64,000 bases of DNA from Fimicolochytrium jonesii (lineage: Eukaryota), in assembly GCF_025526975.1 (NCBI RefSeq), contig NW_026515674.1, forward strand, positions 186,001 to 250,000, written 5' to 3'. This document shows positions 25,420 to 39,100 of this stretch, piece by piece. Under the pieces are notes generated by a model. That model ran no database searches. It was not told where the DNA came from and saw only the letters and a program-made list of their open reading frames with translations. The position numbers and the translations under genes are program-made. How positions within the stretch are numbered: position 1 is the stretch's first letter; each line of letters starts with the position of its first letter.

Positions 25420-28400
25420 ATGTCACGTTTGGATTGCGCAAAAGTCATTCACCGCGATGTTCTCATGTTGCACTCGTCCAGGTCATTGACGGCATCGCGT
25501 AAGCGGGCGGAGTATCGGATGAATGCCTCAAAACTCGTGGGTGCCCCACACTTGTTTACTGTCTCTGCCTTTCTCAAATGCCCGCGGTTGCCCACGCTGG
25601 AACCTCTTCGTCAATTATTACCCTCGCTTCATCCGCCATTTGCTGCTGGAAGGCCGAAGCAGTGATTTGGGCGAGGTACAAGGCCAAGTGGCGCCTGGTA
25701 GTTTACAACAGCACCGGTCATTGTCAAACATCGTCCTACAACGATGTGGAACATCTTCGACAATTGCGCCGAGGCTTGCGGGCAACTACGGGTGTTTCTG
25801 CTGCACCGGATATCCCGGCCAGGAATATCTCGACGATCGCCCGGTACACTGGTCCACCCATCCTGAGCCAGTCTTCTCAACAAGGTGGCGCCGTCCAGCA
25901 GTCCACACCAGCGAGACTCCGTTCCAGGATGTCAGTCACGATCTACGGCGTGCACAGCTCCCGTCGTGCATGATGCCGCAGAAAGCACGCCTAACCTCGT
26001 CCGCGCATACTCTCAGCGTGATACGGCTACCCACGTGCCTTAGTACAAGTTCCCGTTATTCAACGAGCAAGGCGAATTGTATTCGATTGGGTGTATTTCG
26101 ACCGACATTAGGAGTACTTCTCCCGGTCCATCTTTTGCTTCTAACAACGGCAAATCAACGGCGCCGTCGTCCCCAAAGAAACCTTGTACTCCTTCTGAAG
26201 GAAGTGGAAGCGAAGTACTTGACGCTCTGCCGGAAATGGTCAACCCAAGATCGACCATCAAACCCTCTCCTTCCACCACTTCTCTCCCGCTAACTGCCTC
26301 TGGGATCCTTCGAGCGACACCGTCCCCGCCCCACGACGCGTCGCTGTCACCGCCAAATGCAACACCGTCTCCACAGGGTAGGTCTCGATCTTTTCGAATT
26401 CTGTCCGGTTCTTTCGATAATTCTGATCGTGTTTCCTTCATCCAGAGAATGCCAGTATGCAGTCTCAACGGCACAGCCCCTCGGAAATTGCAGCAGACGG
26501 CCACCGCGGGGGCCTCAAAACAAAAGCCGAGCTTTGGCTCATTCGACGCGACCGCAGCTCAAGTCAAATCTCCCGCCGGAAGGGAAAGCACCACAATGTC
26601 GTCCAGCCGACTGGATTGGGGGCCTGGAAGGTGCAAGAGACAACGACCTTACCTCTGCCGGCACTGTCATTCCCATCCAAGCGCAGCAAGAATCGAAAAA
26701 AAGCTCCGAGGTGCGATTTCCAGACCCTCGCTCAGCGGTGGTCACATACCCCCACGGCAAGCGCTCCCGCATAGACTCCCTTGAGGATACCGGTGTTCAA
26801 TCCAAGGGCGCAGCCCTTCGGAAACTGCAGCAATCGGCCTCCGCGGGGCCTCAGAACAAGAAGGCTCGTTCGACGAGGCAACCGCTGCCCCGCTGCCTTC
26901 AGATGCTGCAACGGCTGCCGACGCGACTGCAATTGCAGAGACGCTGGTAGCGCCGGAAGTGTCGGTCTCCCCTGCGGCACTGCCAAAACCCTCGGTTACC
27001 GGACCCATGACAGCCCAATCGACCCCCATACCGGTCACAACGTGGATGGGGATAGCCTTGCATGATGTAGCAGAGGTGTTGCACTTGGCGGTGGATTTCG
27101 GCTCCAACACCGCCAAGTGCAGGATCTACTGTTGCGGGCGCGGGCGCTGAGCCTTGAGCTTGGCGAGTGTGACGCCCACGACCCCGGCTCCAGTATCGAG
27201 GGCAAAAAAGCCGTCAATGTGGGAGAAGATCTCCACTCTCTGGCCAGTGCACTCCACTCCACGAACAGTGGCCCAGCGCCCTTCGCAACCATCATCCCTT
27301 GCCGACCTCTCGACCGCCCAGCACATCTACGATGGGGTCGATGCCAGCGATGACGGCCGCAGACTGGTCGGCCGGTCGCCAGGCACATGCGTTGGCGAGA
27401 CCGCCTACACCGTCGGAGACACCGATTCCCAAGAGCATCATGCCCTGGGATAGCTGCCCAGCAGCAGAAGGTGTCTCTCCGTTCACAGTGGCCGGCGGAC
27501 CAAACGCAGTTACACAAATCGACCTGCCAACGTTTCTCGACGATTCGTCCAACCTACCAGCGGTCAAGCATGACGAGTGGGGCTGGAGCCCAAGCGTCCG
27601 CAATGGCTCGGCCGCCCACACCTTCCGACACACCCATTGCAGAAATAATCACGCCGGGCATTGCTGCCCAACAACAGCAGCAACAGGTCTCATTGCCGTC
27701 GTTCCTGGCGGACCTGGCATCGGTCACGCAATTCCAACTACCGACGTCACGCAGGCACCCCTCCCGCCTTTGTTGCCGTCACACAGTTGTAACTACCCAC
27801 GTCGTTGGACGACCTCTCCCAACTGGTCGCAGTAGTTGGTATGTCAATATACACCACCACCAACTCCTCCGGAGCGACCTACCGAATCACCCTCTGCCGT
27901 GATAGATTTCGGGCTCGAGGGGGATCTGTTCATCACCTCTGGATCTGACTGCGATGAATATTTCTCAAGCGGAGTGGTTGCAAGAGATCAGATTTCGGCC
28001 TCGAGGGCGATCTATTCATCACCGACCTGGACCTGGCGGCCATGAACGCTTGTGGAGGGGAGTATTGGCGGATATGTTGAGCGGTTGAAGCGGGGAGGCT
28101 TGGCAGCATGGGCGGCTTGTGCAGCTGGACCGATGGTTCAGGGCCCCCACCCGATGCAGAAGCCACCACGCGCATATGCCCCTGATGTCGTCCGATTACA
28201 CTCAAGCCGATCGGGGGTACCCCTACCGCACCTTGGCACGCTCACATGCCTGGAAAGCCTCCCAAAAAACATGCCTATGGAGAGATGCGACGAACACTGG
28301 GCGTCAAAGATCAGTGACCATCTGCGGACTTTGAGGGACATTGATGGCCCCGCACATAACGACGTGGTCTCGGACCAGCTTCTGAATGCCACATTCGACA

Positions 28401-29212
28401 AGAAGAAGCCCGACCTGATCGAGAAGACGCGGAAATCGGTTTCGAACATGTACAAGGATGGAATCCTTACGGCTGAACAGGCTAAGGCAACCCTCCCGGG
28501 GCACGCTGAGCTGGCAGAGGGTATACAGATCGATATCCCATCGCACTTCACGAAGTTGTTAGCGCAATCAACGAGGCCCTTCATATACCGAAATCAGAAC
28601 CCAATCATTTCTCCTGTCCCGATTTCTGTGCCGCAGACTTCGTTACACCTGCCGAGACAGAGAGCGAAGTCTCTGCAACTAGATCGAGGCGGAAACGGCT
28701 CCCACGGTCCAGCAATGACGCCGTCGCCACTACCATCACGTCACCAGTGAACTCCGCGCGTTCGTTCCGGCCAGAGGGTCGGAGGAGGGTTTGCAGCGAA
28801 TGCGAGATGGGTCAATGTCAAAAGGTTCGCCCGTTCGAGTGCGGCCTGCAGGAGGACCCGCGCTCAGTTGACATAGTGTCGGAAAGAGGCTCCCTGGTTA
28901 GGGGCTGCTATGACCAGCACCATGAACGACTTGAAACTGGTGCGCGCTGAAAGAGCCATCTGGGTCTCTACCGAAAGGAAAGCCCGAAAATTATCTTTGT
29001 ACCGGGGAGAAGAGAGCCATGACGCCCACTATCCAATCGGTCCCTTGCACGGTCAAGATGCAGTATATGCGGGAATATTGACTTCACGCGGTAGTCCGCC
29101 CTCCTGGCGCATTACGGCACCGTCAGCGGAGTTTTACCGGGAGGGTACGGGACTGTCTATGGACGGGACGACAAGGACCAGGACGACAAGCCGGACTCTC
29201 GCCGTTAAATGA
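25420..29212 (+). pseudogene. Decayed coding-like region (fragmented Ser/Pro-rich frames with diverged internal duplications)
   Basis: Many short overlapping + frames with coding-like composition. Diverged direct repeats at 26474-26530 and 26811-26868, and at 27904-27937 and 27989-28023 (DFGLEGDLFIT twice, in different frames). Confidence 0.4.
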
Positions 29213-29619
29213 ACACAGCCGTTTAATGAAGAAGTCAGCGTTCCGCGAAGACGTCGCCGTCGCAGCCAACGAACGCTCGATCGGAAATATGGAAGAAAGC
29301 GACGACAAGAGATAACTTATAGAGTAGCTTATAACTGTACACCATAACAATATCTCGGAATACTGTGCAGGAGTGTTCATTTAGTTGTGCGAAAACAAAT
29401 GATGCTTTGAGCGGAGTGAATGCAAATGAGCGAACAGAGGAATCCGACAGCGCGAGGGGCGTGGCGTGTTGTGTGGCGTTGGTGTGGCTTGCGCGCCAAC
29501 TCCTCACGTAAATCCCCTCTGAGAGTTTTGGAAGCTCGAATCGTCTCTCTGCTAAAACGACCACACGGCATTACCGGTCAACGCCCCCTTCATATACCTA
29601 CAAAGAGAACGCACACAGC

Positions 29620-32600
29620 ATGGGGAAGCTGCGACCGAGGTACAATGAGAAGGCCAGGGCTGGCTCCCGCCTCGCAAAAACCGCAAAACCACATCCAAGT
29701 GCTAGAGACGGCGGGCTCAAAAGTCTGGCAAAGAAAACCTCAACGACGAATGCAAAGCCCTCCAATGGCAGCGGAACGTCGAATAAGGCTGCTCACTCGG
29801 CAGCAGCAACCGCAGGGGACGAGGACGACATAACGTACACGGCCTCCAGCTCCGCCAACCCAACAATGCTGATACCCGGCGAGTCCGCCCCAACCGACTA
29901 CAGCGCATTACCAGAAGCCCCCACGGGGAAAATCACCTCCAAGAAAAAGAAGCGGCTCGAAAAGTTCATCGAAAAGCAGCTGAAGAAGGAGGAGCGAGTC
30001 AGTTTACTGAAAAAGTTGAGCGAGCAGACGTTTGACGCTTCGGAGTTTCTGAGGTCCAGTAAGGCGTTTGGACAGACGAAGCTGACTGCGAAGGAGAAGC
30101 TGAGGCAGGCGCTGTTGGAGGAGAGGAAGGGGATCGCGAGGTCGGACAATGCGGTTAGGTTGTTGGTTGAACGGGAGGTTGATGAGGAGAATGCCGATGG
30201 CATGGAGATGAGTGAAGGCGAGGGTGAGGATCATGACGGGGATGAGGATGCTGACATCGAAAACGAAATCGAGGAAGATCCCTCAATAGGGATAGTAGGA
30301 AGGGCCTTCGGCAGCAGTCTCACAACCTCATCAGCGAAGCCAAAGGCACCCGTAGTGCAGGTTTTCGAGGAGAGCGCATCAGCATCAAAAGCGGATGCTG
30401 CTGCAGCACCACAGGCCTTTGGATCCGCACTGAAACCATCAGCATTCGGAGGTGCGTTGAAGAGGAAAGCCGCCGATGGGGCGGAAGGCGAGTTTACCGA
30501 AATCGCAATACCGAAACGGAAAAAGAAGAAGCAGCAGAAGAAAAAGGCGGAGGTTCCGGCCAATATGTACGGATCTGATTCTGATGATTCGCATTCGGAT
30601 GGACAAAGGGATGGAGTCGCTGAGGCAGTCGCCGATACTGAAGCGGTGCCCCCACAAGCTGATCAGAAGAAAGCCATCTGGGCTGCCAACATCGTGGACG
30701 GCGAAACGCTACCCCAGCCCATCGTCAGTTCATCCGCTCCAACCCACTTAAAAGGCGACACCAAACAACCACCAAAACCAAAACCTACCGCCCCTTCAAA
30801 ACCCGCCTTCCACGTCCCCGTCGCCCGCCCCGAATCCATCCAACTCGCCCGCATCTCCCTCCCCGTCGTTATGGAAGAACAACCCATCATGGACGCCATC
30901 ACCAACAACGACGTCACCATCCTCTGCGGTGAAACTGGGTCCGGCAAAACCACCCAGGTCCCGCAATTCCTCTACGAAGCCGGCTTCGGTGACCCCGCAC
31001 ACCCGATGTTCCCGGGCATGGTCGGCATAACACAGCCCCGGCGTGTCGCGGCGGTGTCGATGGCGCGCCGTGTCGCGGATGAGATGGCGTTGAAGGGTGG
31101 GGAGGTGGCGTACCAGATTAGGTATGATAAAGGGAATACGGGGAAGAATACGCGGATCAAGTTCATGACGGATGGTATTCTTCTCCGGGAGCTGAGTTTG
31201 GCTGCCGGTGGCGAACAATCGAAATCTGCGACCAGTGGAACACAGCGACCTGCGGATCTGTTGCTATCGCATTACTCGTGTATTATCATTGATGAGGCGC
31301 ACGAACGGACTGTTGGGACGGATGTGCTTATTGGGTGGCTGACCCGTATTGTCGCGTTGAGGAACTCGGGGAAGATCGAGGGTGCCAAGCCGTTGAAGCT
31401 GGTGATCATGTCCGCGACGCTGAGAGTGGAGGACTTTACGCTCAATAAGACCTTGTTTCCGACAAATGAGAAGAAACCTCCCGTTGTGAAGGTGGATGGA
31501 CGGCAACATAAGGTATAGCATTGGACTGTTCCCATAGGCGCATCCCCATGATTATGTGCTGATCCACAATTCTTCCAGGTCGTAATCCACTACAACAAAG
31601 TAACCCCCGAACTCGACTATAGCTCCGAAGCCTTCAAGAAGATCACCAAAATCCACACCAAACTCCCCCCCGGCGGCATCCTCGTCTTTATGACCGGCCA
31701 ACAAGAGATCCAAGTCCTCGTGCGCAAACTCCGTAAAGAGTTTCCGATGAAGCAGGCGAACGAACTCGAACCGAATGAAATTGAGGATGCGGCTCTGAAA
31801 CCGGTTGCGACCGCAGAGGGGGAGAGCGGGGCGGGGTCGTTGTTTGAGGAGGGGGATGAGAGCGCCGATGTGGAGATGGGGAGGGGACAGGATGATTACC
31901 AATCCGATAGTGACGCTGAGGGAGCGAACGATGAGGACGATGAGGAAGAGCATGTGGATGTACTGGGCGGTCTCAGCGGGGACGAAGACGACGAAGCAAC
32001 AGAACTGAACAACCGCCAAGACCCTAAAACCGCAACAGAACCCCTCCCCCTGCATGTCCTCCCCCTCTACTCCCTCCTCCCCACCGCCGCCCAAATGCGC
32101 GTCTTTTCCTCCCCCCCACCAAACACCCGCCTCGTCGTCATCGCCACCAACGTCGCCGAAACCTCACTCACGATCCCGGGCATCAAATACGTCGTCGACT
32201 GCGGAAAAGTCAAAGAACGAAGATACGACACCCACTCCGGCGCACAGACTTACCAGGTCTGCTGGACTTCCCGCGCATCAGCCGACCAACGTGCGGGACG
32301 AGCCGGACGAACGGGGCCCGGGCATTGTTATAGGTTGTTCAGTTCGGCGGTGTTCAACGATTACTTTGACCAGTTTTCGCAGCCGGAGATTCTGAGGGTG
32401 CCGATTGAAGGTGTGGTGTTGCAGATGAAGAGTATGGGCATCAACAACGTCGTTGGGTTCCCGTTCCCGACCCCGCCGGGGAGGGATAACCTCCGTGCGG
32501 CGGAGAAGCTGTTGACGTATCTCGGCGCGTTGGACTCTGAAACCCAGGTGTTGAAGATTACCGAGTTGGGGAAGGTGATGGCTAAATTCCCGGTGGCGCC

Positions 32601-34158
32601 GCGGTATGCTAAGATGCTGGTGATCGCCGCGAGCCAGCCGGGGAATATATTGGCCTATGTCGTGGCGTTGGTCGCGGGGTTATCCGTCGGGGATCCGTTT
32701 TTGAAGGATGAGGATATACTCGGCAACACCGCTGATGCTGACGATGGTGGTGATGGTGATGGTGATGGTGACGAGGAAGACGGGGAGAAATCCCGCAGAA
32801 GCAAGAAACGCGCGTCGTTCTATAAGACAATGGCCCTCTTCTCCGGCGACCCACCCACCTCCGACGCACTCCGACTCCTCCGCGCCATCGGCGCCCACGC
32901 GGCCCAATCCACGCGGGCAGACGCCTCGTTACAAGCGTTCTGCGATTCACATTTCCTCCGCCATAAAGCCATGGACGAGATGCGGAAACTGCGGCAACAG
33001 CTCACCATCCTCGTCAAACTCTCCCTGGGGAACGATGGTAAATTGTATCCCGCAGTGAGTGAATTATGCGTCGACCCTCGCCTCCCACCCCCAACCCCCC
33101 GCGACTGCGCCGCAATCCTGCAAGTTGTCCTCTCCGCCTTCTCCGACCGTATCGCCCGGCTAGACGAAGCCACCTCCCGCGGGTTCAACGGAGCGAAATT
33201 CACACCGCTCTACCGAACCATGTGGGGCGCGAAAGACGAGGTGTGCCAGATCCACCCGGGGAGCTGTCTGTACCGTGAACGGCCCGCACCCGTGTATGTG
33301 GTGTTTGAGGAGTTGATGGGGCGCGAGGAGAAGATTAGCGCGGATAACTCCGGGGTGGTTGCTAATCGCGGCGGTCTGACTGTTCCCGTCGATAAAGAGG
33401 GCACACCCTATGTCCGCCGATGGATGAAGGGGGTGACTGCAGTCAAGGACACGTGGATCGCGAACGTGGCGCCCAAGACTCTATGTAGGTTGGGCAAGAT
33501 CATGGAGCAGCCCGAACCGCGGTATGATATACCTCAGGACGCGGTGGTCGGGTTCTGTGTACCTACGCTGGGACCGAAGATGTGGGAGTTGCCAGCGAGG
33601 GAATGTGTGTTGCCGAGGGTGGAGGATCGGAGTCGGTGGTTTGCGAGGGCTTTTGTCGAGGGCAAGGTGCCGTTGATGCCGTTAGCGACACCAGCAACAG
33701 CGACAAACGCGAAACAACGCAAACGGGCTAAAGCGAAGAAGGGGAAAGAGGTGGAGGAGGAGATTCTACCGATGTTGACACCGTACCTGTTGACGAAGCC
33801 CCTGACGTTGACGAAAGCATGGGGCGCAACCCACGCCAAATCCCAGGCGCTCCTCACACCCCTCCTTACCAACGCCATCTCCACACGGGCCGCGCTCCTG
33901 CACCACTGGCGGACCGTCGACAGCAAGTTTCTACTCGAGGGGTACCTGCACTGGGTCCCTGATGAAGTGCACGCTGGGTTGAGCGCGTATTGGCCGCCGG
34001 CGAGGTTGTGGGGGGAGGATGAGGAGGGTGGGGAGAGGGATGACGTTAGGGTGGGGGAGATGAGGAGGTGTTTGGGGGAGGTGCTTGGGAAGGGGATGGC
34101 GGGGAAGAGGGAGAGGTGGGATCAGAGGGGGGAGAGTGGGAGTGATAGTGATTTTTGA
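29620..34158 (+). CDS. DHR1: DEAH-box RNA helicase Dhr1/Ecm16 (DHX37); intron 31513-31578
   Basis: [14 protein letters not shown]-terminus, [70 protein letters not shown]. Confidence 0.96.
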
Positions 34159-34289
34159 GTAGGGGGCAAGTAGTTTATGCAGTCTGTAGAATCACTCGTT
34201 GCTTTCCTGCATGTGTAAAGCATTTCGCCGGCTTATCTTTATTTCTAGTTTTGTTGTAAATTAAGCGACTACTTGTGGACATGAAAGAG

Positions 34290-35201
34290 TCAATCCCTCG
34301 TGTACTCCACCGGCGTCAATTTCCCCCTAATCCCCTCCAAAATACTCCTCGCCTGCGCTCCCTCCGGCGTCTTTCTCACACACACTACATTCCGCGCACA
34401 CAAATCATACTTCACAGCCCCACCAGCATTCACATCCTTCCAATTCGCAACCAACCCACCCGCCTCGGTCAAAATCACCGCCGCAGCTGCCACATCCCAC
34501 GCATGCACCCCCGCCTCCCAATACGCATCCAACGCTCCGCGCGCGACATAACACATCGTCAGCGCTGCGGAACCGAGGGAGCGCACGCCGCGTGCCGGTG
34601 AAGAGACAATATCATGTAACGCATGCACTTTCGGGCCCAAGATCTCCTCCCCTCTATCCGACCCATATTCCGTCGCAATCAACGCGGACGCGAGGGAGGC
34701 CAACGGGCGAAGCGGCGGGGTCGGGATGGGCACATCGTTCAAGAAAGCGCCTTGACCGATCACAGCGTGGAATGTCTCGTTCATGACCGGGTTATGCACG
34801 ACGCCAACAACGGGAATCCCGCGGACCACCAGTGCGATACTAACCGCCACGAACGGGAATCCATGCACGAAATTCGTCGTCCCGTCCACCGGATCCACCA
34901 CCCATGTCGGGGTATCATCCTCAGCGTGATCACCCAACCCGGTATGCGCGTCCCCCGCAGCCGCGGTGCCCTCCTCGCCGACAAATCTGTGGGAGGGGAA
35001 CTGAGCACGGAGGTGGGAGAAGATGGCTGCCTCGACGTTGCGGTCGACTTGGGTGACGAGGTCGGCGTCGTTGGCGTTTTTGAGGTCGATGTGGAGGGAG
35101 GTGCGGTTGTGGAAGGCGGTGTGGATTGTGGCGCCGGCGGTGCGGGCGATGGAGAGGGCGGACGCCAGATGGGGGGCGTAGTCGGGGGTTTGGGTGGTCA
35201 T
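34290..35201 (-). CDS. Inositol monophosphatase
   Basis: DLVTQVD, GEE, WVVDPVDGTTNFVHG, RSLGSAAL, WDVAAA..ILTEAGG. Confidence 0.96.
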   Translation of the reverse strand: MTTQTPDYAPHLASALSIARTAGATIHTAFHNRTSLHIDLKNANDADLVTQVDRNVEAAIFSHLRAQFPSHRFVGEEGTAAAGDAHTGLGDHAEDDTPTWVVDPVDGTTNFVHGFPFVAVSIALVVRGIPVVGVVHNPVMNETFHAVIGQGAFLNDVPIPTPPLRPLASLASALIATEYGSDRGEEILGPKVHALHDIVSSPARGVRSLGSAALTMCYVARGALDAYWEAGVHAWDVAAAAVILTEAGGLVANWKDVNAGGAVKYDLCARNVVCVRKTPEGAQARSILEGIRGKLTPVEYTRD

Positions 35202-36125
35202 GTTCGGTTGGTTTGACGGAAGATGTCCTGATTGGGGTTGCCTTAGTCAAGCTGCAGTGGGTTCCGCCCTCCTCTCACAGCGAGAAGCACTGGAGAACAC
35301 GCGGGGAGCCACTTCCGCAAAATCAATCGCCTTGGGCCTACCCGCACTCCCACCGCTTGACGAACCCAGCAGCGACCAACATCAGGAGGACGAGCAATGG
35401 CAGCCTTCATTATGCACTCGTGCGAATTCTCTTTTGGATTAAATATAGACATCAAAGTATGCTCCGTCCGTTCAGCTCAGAGCTTGCGCTCGCCGAGTGA
35501 AGATCCCTTGCGTCGATTCCACGCCTAGTCTCGCTTCAGACGAACACGATCGTGAACTAAAACCACGCATCGCTTCCCCACTCCGTTCCCGCCGATAACT
35601 TCCAATGCCCTCATCTATCCAGGAGTAATCCTACGATATGCCCTCTTGACGTCCGCGTCAGCGTAAAGCTTTCCCGGAGCTATTATGTCAAAATGGCTTC
35701 CAGACAGATTTCGACAGCGCGGGCGTCCTTCATGTCAGCCATCCTGTCATTCTGCTGGCGAAAGTCCGCTCAGCAGGTGTACGCCCCTTCCCACCCACAT
35801 GCTTCACTGGCCACGATTGGATTAGCACCTTACTCGCTTATTCAAGGAAGACACAAAAAAAGCGCGCAGTCCACACCTTGCACGTCATACCGCATGAAGA
35901 AAAGAAGGGACTGTTCCGATACTCTGAAGACAACGAGCCTTTACTCGCGTTGCATTCGTCGGCACCCACACTTCTCTATGCGCTAGACAGAAAAGCGAGG
36001 AGGAAAACCCAGCTGTCATTCCGCCAATTCTTATCTGCCCCCATAGAACGTCACTATTTCCTATTCGCTATCGGGCGCTGTGGATATCAGTAACTTTCAA
36101 AATTTCGCGCCACACCCCAACGGCG

Positions 36126-39100
36126 ATGCCCACACGTCGCCTACAACGATGCATCCTTTTGCTGGTAATACTTGCTTTTCTGTGCAGCGAGATTGTATTT
36201 GCAGCTGCTGTCGGACATCGTCGGAACGACGCGGACTTTGAAGTGAAGCTGGATGTTGATCGACGGCAGGTTAATGGTGTTCCGCCAACGGATCTGGCAT
36301 CGACTAGTGATGCATCATTATCGACGAGCACAAGCACCAGCAGCAGCAGCAACAGCAGCACAGATTCTGCAACCGATATAACAGCAGCAGCTACCCCAAC
36401 ATCCACCACAGACACACCCACACCGACACCCTCCAACGACATAATACCTGCAGAGTACACACCCCCAGGCGAAGCCTACATTACCATCACCTCCGTCGAC
36501 CCGCCCTCCGTCTACACTAGCCGCGGCCCGCAATACATCTCCCTCGTCGGGACGAACTATACCTCCCTCGACGCATCCACGTACGACATCAAGCTCACCA
36601 ACGCTTCCCTGCCCACAGGCGCCGCCCAGCTCACCGTCCTCTCCGACACCCTGGCCGTCGTGCTGGTCGACACGGACGCCGTCGAGCTAGCTGGCGCCGC
36701 GTACAAGAATGGCGGGTTCGGACTTACTGTCAATGGGGTTGATGTCGTGCATGATATACGTTGGGTCGACCCCGTGAAATCGATTGCCACGAGGGTATTT
36801 CCGAGTAGGGTAATAGTCGACAACGCCAACCCCGTCACTATCGTCGGGATCGGGTTATTGCCCCCCGTCGGCACGCCTCTCTGCGTGTTTAACACCACCG
36901 CCGTCTCCTCCTCCCCAGCAACCTGGTCGGCGTCCGACGCAACTTACCAATGCGTCACCCCGGAACTTGACCAAAGCGGCGTGCTGGAACTCAACCTGCT
37001 GTACTACACCCCGCAGGTCGATTTATCACCCTATGGCGGGCTAAGCAACAGTTATCTCTGGCGTCCCACCGAGTTCGTCAGTATCGTTGTCAACCAACCT
37101 CTGTTGCTCTACTACCGCGCGGGGGCACCGCAGCTCATATCGGCGCATTTCACGGGCACGGGGGCTATCGAAGCCGAATTCGATCGTCCAGTAGCGGTAT
37201 ACGATACGAACATCTTCATGACCGACCCGCTCGCCAACGCCCTGCGGACCATCTCGGCTGCCACAGGTCGCGAATCTTTTGGGTGCGATAAGATCTGGTC
37301 TAATCCCTCCACACGTAACGGGCGATTGTGGTTCCGCAACGCCACGGCAGAGTGTCGCGTGCAACGCATGGGCCCACGGACATTCCGTATCAACGTTGGC
37401 GCGCAGGGCGTGCTGGGAATCGAAAACGCCGGCTTGGAACCGATTTACATTGGCGATATCCTTTCCGTGCGTCCCGGGGCAGTGTGGACTGCCGGTCAGC
37501 AACTTAGTCAGACTGCGACGGGCGGGACAATCGTCACAGGCGTCCTCGACAAATCCCAGATCGTGACCCCCGACGTGCGTATCACCGTCCCGCAGATCGT
37601 GAGCGAGTGCGCGGACGTCACGTATGATTTATCTCGGACGATGGGGGCTCTCGGGCGGAACTTTAACAGCACTAGATTCACTGTTGATCCGCCAACGGCT
37701 AGTATTCAGGTTGAGCTGGATAAATTCGAAACGGCGTTTCGGACGCAGAATGTGCTGGTTTACACCGTTCCTGCCTCGGCGTTCCCCGTCGGGCCGGTCA
37801 CGGTGTCGTTTTATATGCAGAATTTCCTTGGTGGGAGTGGGTCCGCTTCGTTCGTGACCGAGAAATTGCCGAGGAGTGATGTACCCTACGTCACGATTGT
37901 CGGACCGGGTAACGATGCACCGCTAGATCAGCTCCACACCGTGAAAGCGGAAGCACACGCAACATGCGGCCAACAGCGTCCCGTCTCCTTCGCGTGGTCC
38001 TCCCCCGACGTCCCGGTCGACGGCGTCGTCACAACCGTCGTGCTGCCACAATACACCATGTCCGTACAACGCCTCTACTCATTTGTGGTACAAGCGCAAT
38101 ATTCCGACGTGCCAGATTCCACCCCCTGGTTCCTCAACTACACCTTCACCTCCGAGCTCGACCGCATCACCCCCGCCACCATCACCGAGCTGACCGCAGG
38201 AACGACCAGCAACATCGAACACATCCCTCCACCTCCGTTGTTACTCTCCACATCCATCTTCGACAGCGGGTACCCCCTCGCATCCACAAACCTCACGGAC
38301 TTCACCTGCATCTGGGAATGCAAGCGGTTGGATAACTCTCAGGGAAAAGGCGACACCGGCTGCTTCAAGCAGGAAACGGGGCAGGACCTCGCTGTACCCG
38401 CTGTCTGCCACGGGGCTAACATCACCGGGTTTTTGGCACCTGGGCGGTATGAGTTTGATTTCTTAGCGGTCAGGATTTCGACGGGGGCCGAGAATGAGTA
38501 TGCGGGGAAATTGGCGTTGAATGCCGTGGATGCGGGGGGAAGCACCGTTGCCCCAATGTTGAGTATAAGTCCGTCGTCGCCGCATCCGTCGGCTTGGGAC
38601 ACGTACACGCTCACCGCCGCCGTGGATCCGCTGTCCATTTCCGCCCTCTCAGCGGTAACCTACACCTGGTTCTCCAACGAAACCTGCTACAACGAAACCT
38701 TCTCAACCGTCACATTCACATCCAACCCGCTTGTTCAAACAGCGCAGGACGGGAACGCGGTGACTTTCTCGCCACAGAGCTTCATTCCTGCTGGCCGCTA
38801 CTGCTTCACCGTCCTCGCCACCGACGCCGCCAACCCATCCCTCCCCGGAGTTGCAACCCTCCTCACCACCGTCCTTGAGCCCCCCGCCGCCGGCTACTGC
38901 GCCTTGAACGCCACCTCGGGAATCGCATACACCGACGTGTTCCGGTACGCCTGCGCCGGGTGGGTGACAGATCAGCTCGCTAAACCAGTGTACTACGATT
39001 TCTGGATCCGCCGCAAGGGGATGGAGACCGTGTGGAGGAATCTGGGGCCGAGGAGCGAGTCGAGTGTGCTGGATACGGTATTGTCCGAGGGAACGTATGA

